Notes under the pieces: generated by a model
What the model saw: only the letters and a program-made list of their open reading frames with translations
Database searches by the model: none
What the model was told of the DNA's origin: nothing
Source of the DNA: Leucoraja erinacea
Lineage: Eukaryota
DNA length: 64,000 bases
Direction of reading: 5' to 3'
Assembly (NCBI RefSeq): GCF_028641065.1
Contig: NC_073390.1
Coordinates: 25,110,001 to 25,174,000 of the forward strand
Shown here: positions 21,961 to 33,999 of the stretch, piece by piece
How the letters are laid out: the number at the start of each line of letters is the position of its first letter
Position numbering within the stretch: the first letter of the stretch is position 1
Made by a program: the position numbers and the translations under genes

Positions 21961-24314
21961 GCAGCCTACACTCATTTTCCATTTGGCACTGCAATTATCT
22001 CAACATTTACTCCCCATAATAATTTCTCTCAAACTATGGTCTGATGTAATGAACTAGCACAAAACACAGGCTTCCTTCCACACATTTAAGACAGGAAACA
22101 GGAAACCTAGTTCCTCATTTGCATTCTAAGAGACCGCATTAGAAAGAACATTATTTAAGATATTCTTAATGTACTTTGTACATTTATGTAATTTTGTACT
22201 TTTCATTCTTTACAGGCACTTTGCCCCTGGCTATCTTCAGCCAAATAATAACGTACTGGGTTTTTTTTTAAACCAGCACGTTGGCTCCATTATTCAACTA
22301 CAAGGACACACAAATCCCCTTGCAGAGTTACATTCCAAAGTTTAGATACTCTTATTTTCAATTCTTCCTCCCTAAATGAAAATATATATGTTTCTACATT
22401 ATGCTCCAACTGCCAAATTCTGTCTCAGTCACCCTACACCCTGCAATGTTATGTCATCACCACTTACTAACCAATTTAACAATAAAAGTATTGCTCCTTT
22501 TTTAAAATCCAAATTAATAACATGGATGATCAATAACTGATATGCTAGCACTAGCTCTTTTGGCACAAGTAGCATTCTAGAAACGTGAAACCAGTCCCTT
22601 TAAGAATAAGGGGTAGGCCATTTAGGACTGAGATATTGTCTCTTTTTTTTTCTCAATTCAAAAGATTAAAAAATAGGGAGAAAACACTTAAATCACCAAT
22701 AAGACAAAACAGACAACCTTGTAAAAAACCTACATTTTTTAATCTCTCCTCTATTGAAAGAGAAGAGAAAATAACGAATGAACTTAATTTTCATTGATTG
22801 CTAACACATTTGCAAAGGCCAAAGGAATTAAAATTAACCTTGTGTCTCCACCTCCACACAGCTACTGACATCTTAAAGAGACACACACTACATAAAAGAG
22901 CAAGCTCATTCAATGAAATCCGATTTCATCTGAAGTGTAGGATTAAATCAGCATTAATCCAACGGGTCCACAAACACGTAACAATCTTTAAACTTACTTA
23001 TTTTATAACTTTTTTCCTGTGACATTCACTCACAAGTTGCCACACATACAATACGCTACCTCACAGATATTCACACTTTAAACAATAACATTATCACTCA
23101 AAAGTAAAACACAGTAATACACACCTCAAGGAAATCATTCTAACTCTTAAAACGTTGATACACCCAAATACGTAAGCTTGCCTCCCATTTCACACATTTA
23201 CTAAATTAGCATTGAATTTTCACAAAGGAAAATGGGCATCACAATTAGGTTTTTAAATTGTACTGTGTATCTCTATAGTTTTCCTTCTCACCAGCATGAA
23301 TAAGGGAGTACATATAAAATAAAATAACAGACAGAAAAACATAAATTACACAAATTTGTCCAAAAGGGGTGTGATCCAGAGTCCCATAGTGGAATCAATG
23401 GCATTGCCCTTTTGTTTCCATAATTATTTTCCCTTTGTTCCTCATTTCCCCATCAAATTTGTTCCATCTTTTATAAACAGGGTTGCTTAAGTCAGACAAG
23501 GAGTCCCCGGGGTTATATCGTTTCAGCGCCTTTTTCTTTTTCCTTTTTTTTTCCTTTTTAAGTTTCTACATTCCATTTTCCTTCAACCGGCTAAGATTCA
23601 TCTCCCAAACATTTGGTTAGCTTATAACTTAATATTCTATAGTGTTTGTTACTTTTAGGATTCAAATTACACATGTTGCACAGGTGTTCCCCTGTAACTT
23701 TTATCCAGATTATTCCCCATAGATAGATAAATAGAGAGAGAACGAGAAAGAGAGAAAGATAAATCAGACTTCTCAACTCTTTTAAAAAAAAAACAACGCC
23801 CCAAGTATCTCAACCAGGCAGACACGCTAATCGAGACCCCAGTTTCTCAACTTGGCAGACTTCTTAATACTTTAAAAAAAAAACGCTTATTTCTCAACCC
23901 GCCACTCCTCGGATGTCTCAACAAGCCAGGCGCACACCTCGTCCCCTGTATCTCAACCCGACAAACCACAGATCTCAACAAGGCCGACGAGCCCTTTGTA
24001 GAGAGTGAGAAGAGAAAACAAAAAGATAGAGAGACAGAGAGAGAGAGAGAGAGAAAGGGAAAAAAGAGATTAAAAAAGAGAGAGAAACCGCTCAATTCCT
24101 TCTTAAAAATATGCACAATTGGTCTTACCGTTGTCTGTATCAAGGATTTCAGCAGGGCACCTGATCAACCTACTACGAAGGACGCAAGTTTTCCCGGGAG
24201 CTTCTTCGGAAGGTCGGTCTCAAGGGGTCCGAATAGTACACTTTTTATCCACCCCATCAGATCCCGGACAAACTATGGCCTCTTACTCAGTCGTCTGTTG
24301 ATGGTCCCAGTGAA

Positions 24315-24332
24315 ATCCTGCCGACTACGCCA
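24315..24332 (-). other. Primer-binding site complementary to tRNA-Ser
   Basis: Minus strand TGGCGTAGTCGGCAGGAT is the 18-nt complement of the vertebrate tRNA-Ser(AGA/TGA) 3' end ...ATCCTGCCGACTACGCCA, 1 nt from the 5' LTR. Confidence 0.9.
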
Positions 24333-24333
24333 A

Positions 24334-25040
24334 TGTTAAGGTTCATTTTCTTAAAACAGACAACTTACAATAAGTTGGGTAAAACCAATACAAGCTTTAA
24401 TGATCATTTAGCTAGAGAGTGCTAGGAGATATAAAGTCAAGCATACAGCAGATACTTAACTCCTCCCAGGCCATTACTCTAATGAATGAAGACATACAGC
24501 ATCTTTTTATACTGTTTTGGAAACATAATCACAAGTTCATATAGAATGGCAGCAATGATGTCTAACATATCAATCACAGCTCTACCCATTCAAAGCATGC
24601 TTGTCATTAATACAAGACCTCTTATGCTATGGTTATATCGATCACAAACTTTAGTTACGAAACCCAAAATAACGGGAAGTTAGTCAAAGGTCTATCATCT
24701 GCAGTACCTTCTTAAACAATGTAAGCATCCTTATCAGTTGCCCACAGAAGTTTCTGCTAGCAGAGAATACCAATTTCTCAGGAAGCTCATCCTCTCCCAA
24801 GGCTTGTGTTTACAGAAGCCAGAACCTTCTCAGCAAGTACATCCCCTCTCACCATTGTCAATATCTTTTGCTTAGGCACAACAGGTAGCAGCTTGGATGC
24901 AGTTTGAATGCTGGCCACCAATTTCCTGATTACCCAGCCCTTCTACAGAACACAATTTCAAAGCTTTCATTTACTCAGAACCCAAAACCCAAATTAATCT
25001 TTACTTAATAAAATATTCCATTATTAACTAGGATATATCA
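24334..25040 (-). repeat. ERV 5' LTR (707 bp)
   Basis: Repeat of 19420-20025; minus-strand TATAAAA at 24505-24511 and ATTAAA at 24396-24401; adjacent to the PBS. Confidence 0.92.
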
Positions 25041-25339
25041 GTATAATAAAAGCCTTGCAACACAGCCGCATAGACCCAGACAACACACACAAACATAGAA
25101 CAAACATCACAACACCCAAAAACACAGTTTACACCTTAGTTACAAACAGAATTTTGCAAAACAGTAAAAATAAATATGATTGTGCAAAAATAAAGACATT
25201 ACTCCAAAACAATTAGGAAGATAACAAGACCGCAGTAGTGCAAGAGGTGGTCCGTAGTGTTCTGGTGCTGAGGTAAGAATAGGGTTTAGCATCAAGCAGC
25301 TGATGGTTGTATGAAAGTAGGTCCATCTTCAAAGGAAGT

Positions 25340-25622
25340 AGAGGCATTGATGTGCAAATTTGTGACTACGTCAATGCGCTGGGCCCAGGACAGATCTTAG
25401 AGATATGTACGCCCAGGATCTTGAAGTATTTGACTCTCTCCACTGCTGTCCCACCGATAAAGACATGTTCATGGATTAGTGGCCTTCTCTTCTTAAAGCT
25501 AGCACTGAGAACAAGATTGTTGTTCTGGCACCAAGCAGTCAGTTTACCGATCTCCCCCCTGTACTCTGATTCATCATCACCTATTATTCATCCAACGACG
25601 GCGGTATCATGGACAGATTTAA
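25340..25622 (-). mobile_element. Rex1/Babar-like RT fragment
   Basis: Minus strand encodes a degenerate DDTAVVG..IGDDESEYRGEIGKLTAWCQNNNLVLS...VERVKYFKILGVHISKIC segment. Confidence 0.7.
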
Positions 25623-25624
25623 AG

Positions 25625-26618
25625 AGTTCGGAAATCTCTGTCTCATCATTCATGAGGCCCTCGCTCGTGTCTACTTGGTACCACCCTTGCGCCCCCTCTC
25701 CCTAGTCGCAACAAAGACAGAGTCCCCCTAGTCCTCACCTTTCACCCATCAGCTGTTGCATGCAGCACGTAATCCTCCGAAATTTCCACCACTTTCAACG
25801 GGATCCCACCACTAGCCACATTTTCCCATCTCCACCCCTTTCCACCTTCTGCAGAGACCGTAACCTCCACAACACCCTGGTTAATCCATCCCTTCCTACC
25901 CAAACCAATCCCCTCCCCAGGTACCTTCCCCTGCAGCAGAAGATGCAACAACTGTCCCTAGTCCTCCTCCCTCAACTCTGTCCAGGGACCCCAACAGTCC
26001 TTTCAGATTAGGCAGAGGTTCACTTGCACCTCCTCCAACCTCATCTACTCCATCCGTTGTTCAAGATGTGGGCTCTTATATATCGGCAAGACCAATAGCA
26101 GACGGCGATCGTTTCACGGAACACCTTCACTCAGCCCGTGTGAACCAACCTGATCTCCCGGTTGCTGGACACTTTAATTCTCCTTCCCATTCCCACACAG
26201 ACCTTTCTATCTTCGGTCTCCTCCATTGTCAGAGTGAGGCTAAACGCAAATTAGAGGAACAGCATCTCATATTTCGCTTGAGCAGTTTACAACCCAGTGG
26301 TATGAAATTTGATTTCTCTCACTTCAGGTAGCCCCTGCATTCCGTCTCTCTCTATCCTGCCCCCACCCAAGGCACACTAGCTTCTCATTTTCACCCCTAC
26401 AAACAGCTTACAATGGCCGGTTTCCTTTGTTATTGTTACGTTTTTGCATATCTTTCATTCATTGTTCATTATCTCTCCAAATCACCATCTACAGTATATT
26501 TCTCGTTTCCCTTGTCCCTAACCAGTCTGAAGAAGGGTCTCGACCCGAAACGTCACCCATTCCTTCTCTCCAGTGATGCTGCCTATCCCGTTGTGTTACT
26601 GCAGCTTTTTGTGTCTAA
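25625..26618 (+). mobile_element. Penelope-like (Neptune-type) element 3' part with GIY-YIG endonuclease
   Basis: Cys linker PCSRRCNNCP, then FTCTSSNLIYSIRCSRCGLLYIGKT...GDRFTEHL...PVAGHFNSPSH...RKLEEQHLIFRL. Frameshifted; followed by a non-coding tail. Confidence 0.9.
26525..26556 (+). ncRNA. Minimal type I hammerhead ribozyme motif in the Penelope tail
   Basis: CUGAAGA-A-GGGUC(UC)GACCC-GAAA-CG-UC gives an intact core, stem II and palindromic ACGU in place of stem III; predicted cut after 26554. Stem I is only 2 bp. Confidence 0.65.
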
Positions 26619-26649
26619 ATTCCCTGTCTTCCCTTTGTCTATGCTTTGT

Positions 26650-27025
26650 TATCTTATTGAAACATATAAAATTATTAAGGGTTTGGACACGCTAAAGGCA
26701 GGAAACATGTTGGGGGAGTCCAGACCAGGGGTCACAGTTTAAGAATAAGGGGTAAGCCATTTAGAACGGAGACGAGGAAACACTTTTTTACACAGAGAGT
26801 GGTGAGTCTATGGAATTCTCTGCATCAGAGTGCGGTGGAGGCCAGTTATCTGGATACTTTCAAGAGAGAGCTAGATAGGGCTCTTAAAGATAGCGGAGTC
26901 AGGGTATATAGGGAGAAGGCAGGAACGGATTACTGATTGGGGATGATCAGCCATGATCACATTGAATGGTGGTGCTGGCTCGAAGGGAAGAATGGCCCAC
27001 TCCTGCACCTATTGTCTATTGTCTA
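26650..27025 (+). mobile_element. CR1/HER1-like LINE 3' end
   Basis: Translates LIETYKIIKGLDTLKAGNML...FFTQRVVSLWNSL; tail (CTATTGT)n. Confidence 0.85.
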
Positions 27026-28044
27026 ATGTTACTAAGAAAGATTCATTGAGGTTGGCCAAGTCATCTTTCCATGTTGTAAGCCGCAGACTATTCACCATCA
27101 CCTTATCACTTTGCCATAATAGGAATTATTCCCGATTATACTGGTACTGGTCAATCTGGTCCATTGTTCCCCACTTCCTTCCCCTCCTTTACTGCTCAGT
27201 ATTCGTGAGTCTGCCCTCCCTTACCCAAACTCTCTTCTAATGCGCTGATGTGCTCCTCCTGTCCTGGGGATTGGCCCTGCTCATCGCTTGCTCACTGCAG
27301 TATTTATCTCTAACAGGCTGCATCACATCTGATCACATCTGGTTTCAATGTCACCTTGGCCTGATTGTATTAAACGTCACCTTCTCCTGGTTTGGTGCAC
27401 TTGCTCACACCCTGCCCTCGCTCTCCTTTACAGCTTTCTCTCCCCTACTACAACAGTCTCACGAAGAACATCATCTGTACATTTCTTGGTGCACTTCCTC
27501 ACACCCTGCCCTTGCTTGTATGGACCTGTTTATGACTTTGTTGGGCTAATTCCTTTTTTGCCTTCCTAATTGTTGGACTTCTGTCCCACTGACAAATTAT
27601 TGCTCAAAATACAAAATGCTGGACAGGCAACATCTGTGGAGGGAAATGGACAGACGACTTTTCGAGTCGAGGCCCTTCTTGTAGAGGTGTAGTAGGGGGG
27701 GAGCAATTATGAATGGAGAGGTGGGGGCGAAACAAAGCCTGTCAAGTGATGGGTGGATACAGGTGAGGTGGTGGTTGGGTGATTGGCAGATGGGTGGAGT
27801 TGATGACAAGGGGCTGAGTTGAGCTTATAGTTTTCTAATGAATTGATGCAAAGAACAATGAGGAATGGCTTACTGTGGATCTCCCAGCCTGAAACATTGC
27901 TCCATCTGCTCATGCCCTTCATTAAGTCAGGATAGTTAGGGTATGGGTAGTATGGGGCGTTGGTTTGGTTAGTATGGGTTTAGAACTGGGGTTAGGGTTA
28001 GAGACACAAGCAACTGCAGTGCTGGAATCTTGAGCAAAACACAG

Positions 28045-28312
28045 CTCCAAAGACCTGTGTTCGATCCTCACCTTGGGAGGCTGTCTGTGTGGAGTTTGCA
28101 TGTTCTCCCTTTAACCACGCAGGTTTCCTCCGGATATTCCAGTTTCTTTTCACATCCCAAAGACATGCGAGTTAATGGGCCTCTGTAAGTTGCCCCTAGT
28201 GTGTAGGGAGTGGATGCAAAGGTGGGATAACATACTGTACAACGGGTGATCGATGGTCGGCGTGGACTCGGTGGGAAGAAGGGCCTGTTTCCATGCTGTG
28301 TCTTTCAATCAA
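28045..28312 (+). mobile_element. HE1-like V-SINE (5' truncated)
   Basis: B box GTTCGATCC, V-domain GGAGTTTGCATGTTCTCCC, tail GAAGGGCCTGTTTCCATGCTG. Confidence 0.8.
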
Positions 28313-29316
28313 TACAAGGTGTGAAGCATCTGAAGACGGGTTCCAACCCGAATTGTCATCTGTCCATTTCATTCCACAGATGCGGCCTAACCACCTGAGT
28401 TCCTCCAGCACTTTGTGTTTTGGTTAGGGTTAGGATGAGGTTATTCTTCTTACCCAGAAAGGCAGTGTTAAAGGAAGCTTCAGGCTGAATCAACAAGGGT
28501 GCAGCCATTCTCTAGGGTTAGGGTTAGGATTACTCTGTTACCCCCCGCTCCCCCACATTCCCCCACCACTCCCCCCCCCCCCCCCCACTCCCCCCCCCCC
28601 CCTCCCCCTCCCCCTACTCTCCCCCCTCCACCTACTACTTTCCCCCCATCCACCTCTTTTCCCCTCCCCCCTTCCTGTGGACTATGAGTATCTCCCCTCA
28701 TAGCTGGGCGAGTGGGAGCCTCAGACACAGCTCATTAACAATGGCCGAGTGTGTCTCTGGATCAAATCACACAGAGCTGTGAGTCTGGAGTGGGGAATTG
28801 TCAACAAACATTCACCAGCAGTGGAAGCCATCTCACAATCCCCACCCTGCTTCACCCACTGCCTCGATCAGCGGCTGACAGCTTGCAACATGCTCACAGC
28901 AAGCCCGTAAACAGTCTCCTGGTGACGTCTTTAGTCAGATCAAACAGCCAGCGGAGCATGTCAGGGCAGGAGGAGCAGACCAACAAAACCTCCCCAGTCT
29001 GAAGAAGGGTTCCAATCCGAAACATCGCCTTTCCATGTTCTTCAGCGTGTTGCCTGACCCACTGGTTTACTCCGCCACTCTGTGTCTTTCTTCAGTATAA
29101 ACCAGCATCTGCAGTTCCTTCCCACACTTCGTAAGTCTTTGCCAGTTTCCTTTCCTCTGGGACCAATGTGGTTTGAAGTTGAAGATTACTGACATAAAAA
29201 AAGAGTCTCCCACATAAGATTTCAAAACTCTGAGTTCATGTCAGATTCCCAAAAACCCAAACCCCCAGAACTGCGTGGGTTTCGCCAGGAGCTCTGGCTT
29301 CCTCCCACATTCCAAA

Positions 29317-30150
29317 GAAACATAGAACATAGAAACATAGAAATTAGGTGCAGGAGTAGGCCATTCGGCCCTAAGCCTGCACAGCCATTCAATATGTTGG
29401 CTGATCATCCAACTCAGATCCCTTACCGTGATCCCCTTAGCCACAAGGGCCACATCTAACTCCCTCTTAAATTAGCCAATGAACTGCCTCGACTACCCTC
29501 TGGTTGAGAGTTCAAAAGATTCAATGTGTGAAAAAAGTTCTTCTCATCTCGGTTTTAAAGGATTTCCCCTTTATCCTTAAGCTGTGACCCCTTGTCCCCA
29601 ACATCGGAACAATCTTCCTGCATCTAGCCTGTCCAACCCCATAAGAATTTTATAAGTTTCTATAAGATCCCCTCTCAATCTCCTAAATTCTAGAGAGTAT
29701 AAACCAAGTCTATCCAGTCTTTCTTAATAAGACAGTCCTGACATCCCAGGAATCAGTCTGGTGAATCTTCTCTGCACTCCCTCTATGGCAATAATGTCCT
29801 TCCCCAGATTTGGAGACCAAAACTGTACGCAATACTCCAGGTGTGGTCTCACCAAGACCCTGTACAACTGCAGTAGAACCTCCCTGCTCCTATACTCAAA
29901 TCCTTTTGCTATGAAAGCTAACATACCATTCATCCTTCACTGCCTGCTGCACCTGCATGCCTAGCAATGACTGGTGCACCATGACACCCAGATCTCCCCT
30001 AGGTCCCCATTTAGATAATGTCACTGTCCAAGTCACCTTGCAGTCTCCTAGCATCCTCCTCACAGCTAACACTGCCCCCCAGCTTAGTGTCATCCGCAAA
30101 CTTGGAGATATTGCCTTCAATTCCCTCATCCCAGAATCATTAATATATAT
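29317..30150 (-). mobile_element. CR1/HER1-like LINE RT 3' fragment
   Basis: Translates MLAFIAKGFEYRSREVLLQLYRVLVRPHLEYCVQFWSPNLGKDIIAIEGVQRRFTRLIPG; (ACATAGAA)n tail. Confidence 0.9.
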
Positions 30151-30594
30151 TGATGATCTGGATGAGGGAATTGAAGGCAATATCATGGCAAAGACATGCA
30201 GTCGCCGGATTAATCACAGCTGAAAGTTGTCCCTGGGATGTGGGTGAGGGCTAGAACCTGTTGAGTTGATGGGGTTGCTGGGTTTAGGTGTTGGAGTACC
30301 TGGGTGAAAATGAGAGGAAGGATGAGGTAACCTCTCATCTTAGTCCACAGGTCATGGCCTCCAATGGCCACCAGAGTGGGGACCTCCCTGACCGCTTGTG
30401 GGATTGGGAACCTATCCATGGATTTATGTAGGAAGTCCAGTCCAAGGGTGACATCATTCGCGTTGGTATCTGGTGACAGAGTTTGTCATGAGTATTTTCC
30501 GCTGGGTCAGACTGGTCTCCAGGATCTGACCTACACACCACTGTCATTCTGACCAACGTTCCAGGCAAATCCAGAGTCCTGGGTGGAAAGACCA

Positions 30595-30801
30595 GGCTAT
30601 TCCACGTCGCGGGGTCACTGCAAATTACATCCGTCACGGGGTGTGTCCATCACCACCAACACAGGTTGTTATTCTGACTGCATGGCAGGCTGGGCTGGAG
30701 GGCTATTCCACGTCGCGGGGTCACTGCAAATTACATCCGTCACGGGGTGTGTCTAATCACCACCAACACAGGTTGTTATTCTGACTGCATGGCAGGCTGG
30801 G
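30595..30801. repeat. Tandem duplication, 106-bp period
   Basis: GGCTATTCCACGTCGCGGGG...GGCAGGCTGGG occurs at 30595 and 30701; the copies are nearly identical. Confidence 0.95.
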
Positions 30802-30944
30802 AAACTTGGGATCCAGGGTGAATTAGCCAAATAGAAACAACATTGGCTGAAGGTAGGATGGTGGCAGAAGGTTGCTTTTCAGACTGGAGGCCTGTAATAA
30901 GGGATGTGGCACAGTGCTAAGTCCATTGTAGTTTGTTAGTTATA

Positions 30945-31227
30945 CTGCGGCCTACACTATCTTGAAGCTGGACTTACCTTTACCTTGTCTGCACAACTGG
31001 ACGCCCGCAGCGACGGCGGCGGAGGGTTGAGGTCCCGACCACGGGGCAAAATGGAGGAGGACTGGCCAAATTTTGTGCCTTCCACCACAGTGATGAATGC
31101 TGTGGTGGATGTTTGTGTTAAATTTTAATTGTGTATTGTGTGTTCTTTACCATTGTACCGCTGCTGGTAAATTCATTTCACTTGCACTTTATGTGCAATG
31201 TGACGAATAAAACCGTATTGTATTGTA
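30945..31227 (+). mobile_element. Non-autonomous retroposon 3' part (Rex-like tail)
   Basis: Inserted in a CR1 fragment; ends AATAAA...(GTATT)n; homologous to the reverse complement of 31562-31780. Confidence 0.6.
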
Positions 31228-31561
31228 ATGATGTGGATGTGAATGAGGCGGCACAGTTAGTACGTTTACGGATGACACTACAATTGGTGATGAAGTGGAC
31301 AGAGAAGATTATTTGATTACAATGGGATGTTGAACAACTGGGCCAATGGGACAAGAAATGACCAAGAGAGCGATGCAAGGTGTTGAATTTTGCTCAGAAA
31401 AACTAGTGCCGGACTCGCAAGCAATGGTGTCAGACAGAGATACATGTGGGTGCAGGTACATAGTTCCTTGTAAGTGGAGGCACGGGTATATAGGATGGTG
31501 GAGAAGATGGTTTGGCACACCAGCCTTTATCGATCGGGGTATTGAGTACAGTACGTCATGT

Positions 31562-32380
31562 TTAAATTCAAGTCCATATTTATTGCCACATGCACCAATT
31601 AAGGGGCAGTGGAATTTTATTTACCATGCAGCCACACAATCAAAAAGAGCACAATACACAATAGAATATAACATGAACATCCACCACAGTGGAATCAACA
31701 TTCTTCACTGTGGTGGGAGGCAATAACGATCAGTCAATCCTCCTCCTTTGTTCATCCTTGGTCGGGGCCATGAACCCTCTGTAGTCGCCGGTATGGCCGG
31801 CCCGATTTACAGGCCCTCTCGACGGGATGCTCAAAACTCCGACGTCGGGACAGACAGACACTCCGCGGCTTGGAGGTCCCGAAATCGGCCACTTCCTACC
31901 GGAGACCGCGGCTTCACGATGTTATAGGCTGCAGGCCGGCGGTCGGAGCTTTTCTCCGGCGATCCCCAGCGAGGGATCACAGACTTGGCGATGGAAAGTC
32001 CACGCCGTGCCCGCGGCTAGAATCTCCGCAGACCTCGGTTCACGATGTAGTCCGCGGGCCAGCGATTGGAGCACTTCTTCTGGCGATCCCCGGCAAGGGA
32101 TCGCCCGGCACTGCGATGGAAAGTCCACCCTGCGCCCGCTGCTGAAGCTCTGGGCCTGACTCCGGGAGAGGCCGCACCAATCCAAGCTGTTAGGCTGCGA
32201 GGGAGGGTGAAAATACAACTAGGAGAAACGTTGCATTCCACCAAGGTAAGTGACTAAAAAAGCAGTTTCCCCTATTCCCCGACACCAGCCCCCCAACCCC
32301 ACTAAAACACACTTTTAGACATAGTAAAAGTCGAAAGGACGAACAGCTGCTGGCGAGGCAGCCAGTTCACGGCGCCACCC
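31562..32380 (-). mobile_element. GC-rich non-autonomous retroposon (Rex-like tail)
   Basis: Minus strand starts GGTGGCGCC and ends AATAAATATGGACTTGAA; CpG-rich body with internal repeats and hairpins; splits a CR1 fragment. Confidence 0.6.
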
Positions 32381-33999
32381 GATGGACAGTGCTGCACAAT
32401 GCATTGGTAAGTTCTGGTCACACTGCTATAAGAAGAATTTCATTAGACTGGAAAAAAGTGAAATAAAGATACGAGGGTGTTACTGGGTCTGGAGGACATG
32501 AGTTATAAGGAGAGGTGGAGACTCATTCATCACGGAAACAGGCCCTTCAGCCCAACTCATGCATGGCAACCAAAATGCTCATTTCCACATGTGTGAGGGT
32601 GAGCTATCCAATTGGATACAAAATTGTCTTGATGGAAGGATCACAGAGTGGTTTTCCTGATTAGAGACATGTGGCCAGTGGTTGCCACGGGGATCGGTGC
32701 TGGTCCACTTCCGTTTGGCTTCGACATTAATCTGGATGATAATCAGGGTCGAAGGGCCTGTTTCTGTAATACACAACTTCATGACCTCTCCATATACCTG
32801 TCCAAGTGTCTGTCAAATGTTGTTATAGCACCTGCCTCAACCTCCTCCTCTGGCAGCTCGTTCCACATACCCACCACTCTCTATGTGAAAAAGTTGCCCC
32901 TCAGGTTCCTATTAAGTCTTTCCCCTCTCATTTTAAACTTATGTCTTCTGGTTCTTGATTCCCCTACCCTGGGTAAAGGACTCCATCACCCTATATATCC
33001 CCATCACGATTTTATACATCTCTATAAGATCACCCCTTCATCTCCTGCACTCCAAGATTTAAAGTCCTAGCCTGTTTAACCTTTCCCGAAAGGTAGACCC
33101 ACAAAGTGCCGGAGTAACTCAGCGGGTCAGGCAGCATGGATAGGTGATGAGCATGGATAGGTGATGTTTTGGGTCGGGACCTTCCCTGAATGTGTTTGCA
33201 GCGAAGGGGGAAGACCCAGGGCTCCCTCTGCTGGCATCCCCTCTCCCACTGCAGGGCTGCTCCCTCCCATTCCAGGCATTCATTCAGTCTGTATGTGATC
33301 GCTGCCTCCTCTCTCCCTCCTCCACCCCCTGCTCCTCTCCCTCCTTCTCCGCCTGTAGCACTCCCTGTGTCTCCCCTTCCCCTCTCTGCCCCCCCCTCCC
33401 CCCTTTTCCTTCCCCTCCCTCCTCCACACATCTCCGTCTCCACCCCCTCTCTCTCTCCTCCAGGAAATGGCCTCTCCACACCCATCCTCTCATGCAGTTT
33501 CAATTACATTCCCTGTCACTCCTCTCAGCTCCAGCAGAGACAAGCCCAGTCTGATAAACCTTTCCTCCAAACTCATCGCCGTTTCTGGCTGTCAGTCCAG
33601 CAAAGTTTCTCTGAACTGCTCCAAAAGCACTGACGCGTTTCCTCAAATAGGAGGCCAACACTGCACGCTGTATTGGGGAGAGTGCAGTAGAGATTCAGGA
33701 GGATGTAACCTGGGTTCGCAGGCTGGAGTTACAGGGAGAGGTTCAATAAGCTGGGACCTTTATCTTTGGAGCGTAGGAGACTGAGGAGTGACCTTACTGA
33801 GGTGTACTTGATCATCAGGGACATATATAAAGTGAACGCTTACAGTCATTTTACCAGGGTAGAAGATTCTAAAACTAGAGGGCATAAACTAGAGGGGAGG
33901 GATTTAAGAGGAATCTCTAGGGCAACCTTTCCACTCAGGGGATAGTCTGTACTCTACCCTCTGAGTGAGATCGTCGCCTCAGAGGGTAGACAGTACTCC

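Larger units (their letters stand above)
19420..25040 (-). mobile_element. Endogenous retrovirus, two LTRs, internally deleted and decayed
   Basis: TG...CA LTRs at both ends; 4-bp TSD GTAT (19416-19419, 25041-25044); PBS, PPT, env and integrase remnants. It is inserted in a Rex/Babar-like tail. Confidence 0.92.

Noticed and set aside
24311-24332. tRNA-Ser gene fragment
   Set aside because: Only the 3' 18 nt including the encoded CCA are present, adjacent to an LTR, so this is a primer-binding site.
27930-28530. TTAGGG-like repeats as an interstitial telomere
   Set aside because: At most 2-3 consecutive units, scattered and degenerate; common background.
30420-30480. DVTLGLDFL resembling a retropepsin ILGxDFL motif
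   Set aside because: The upstream frame has several stops and no DT/SG motif; insufficient support.
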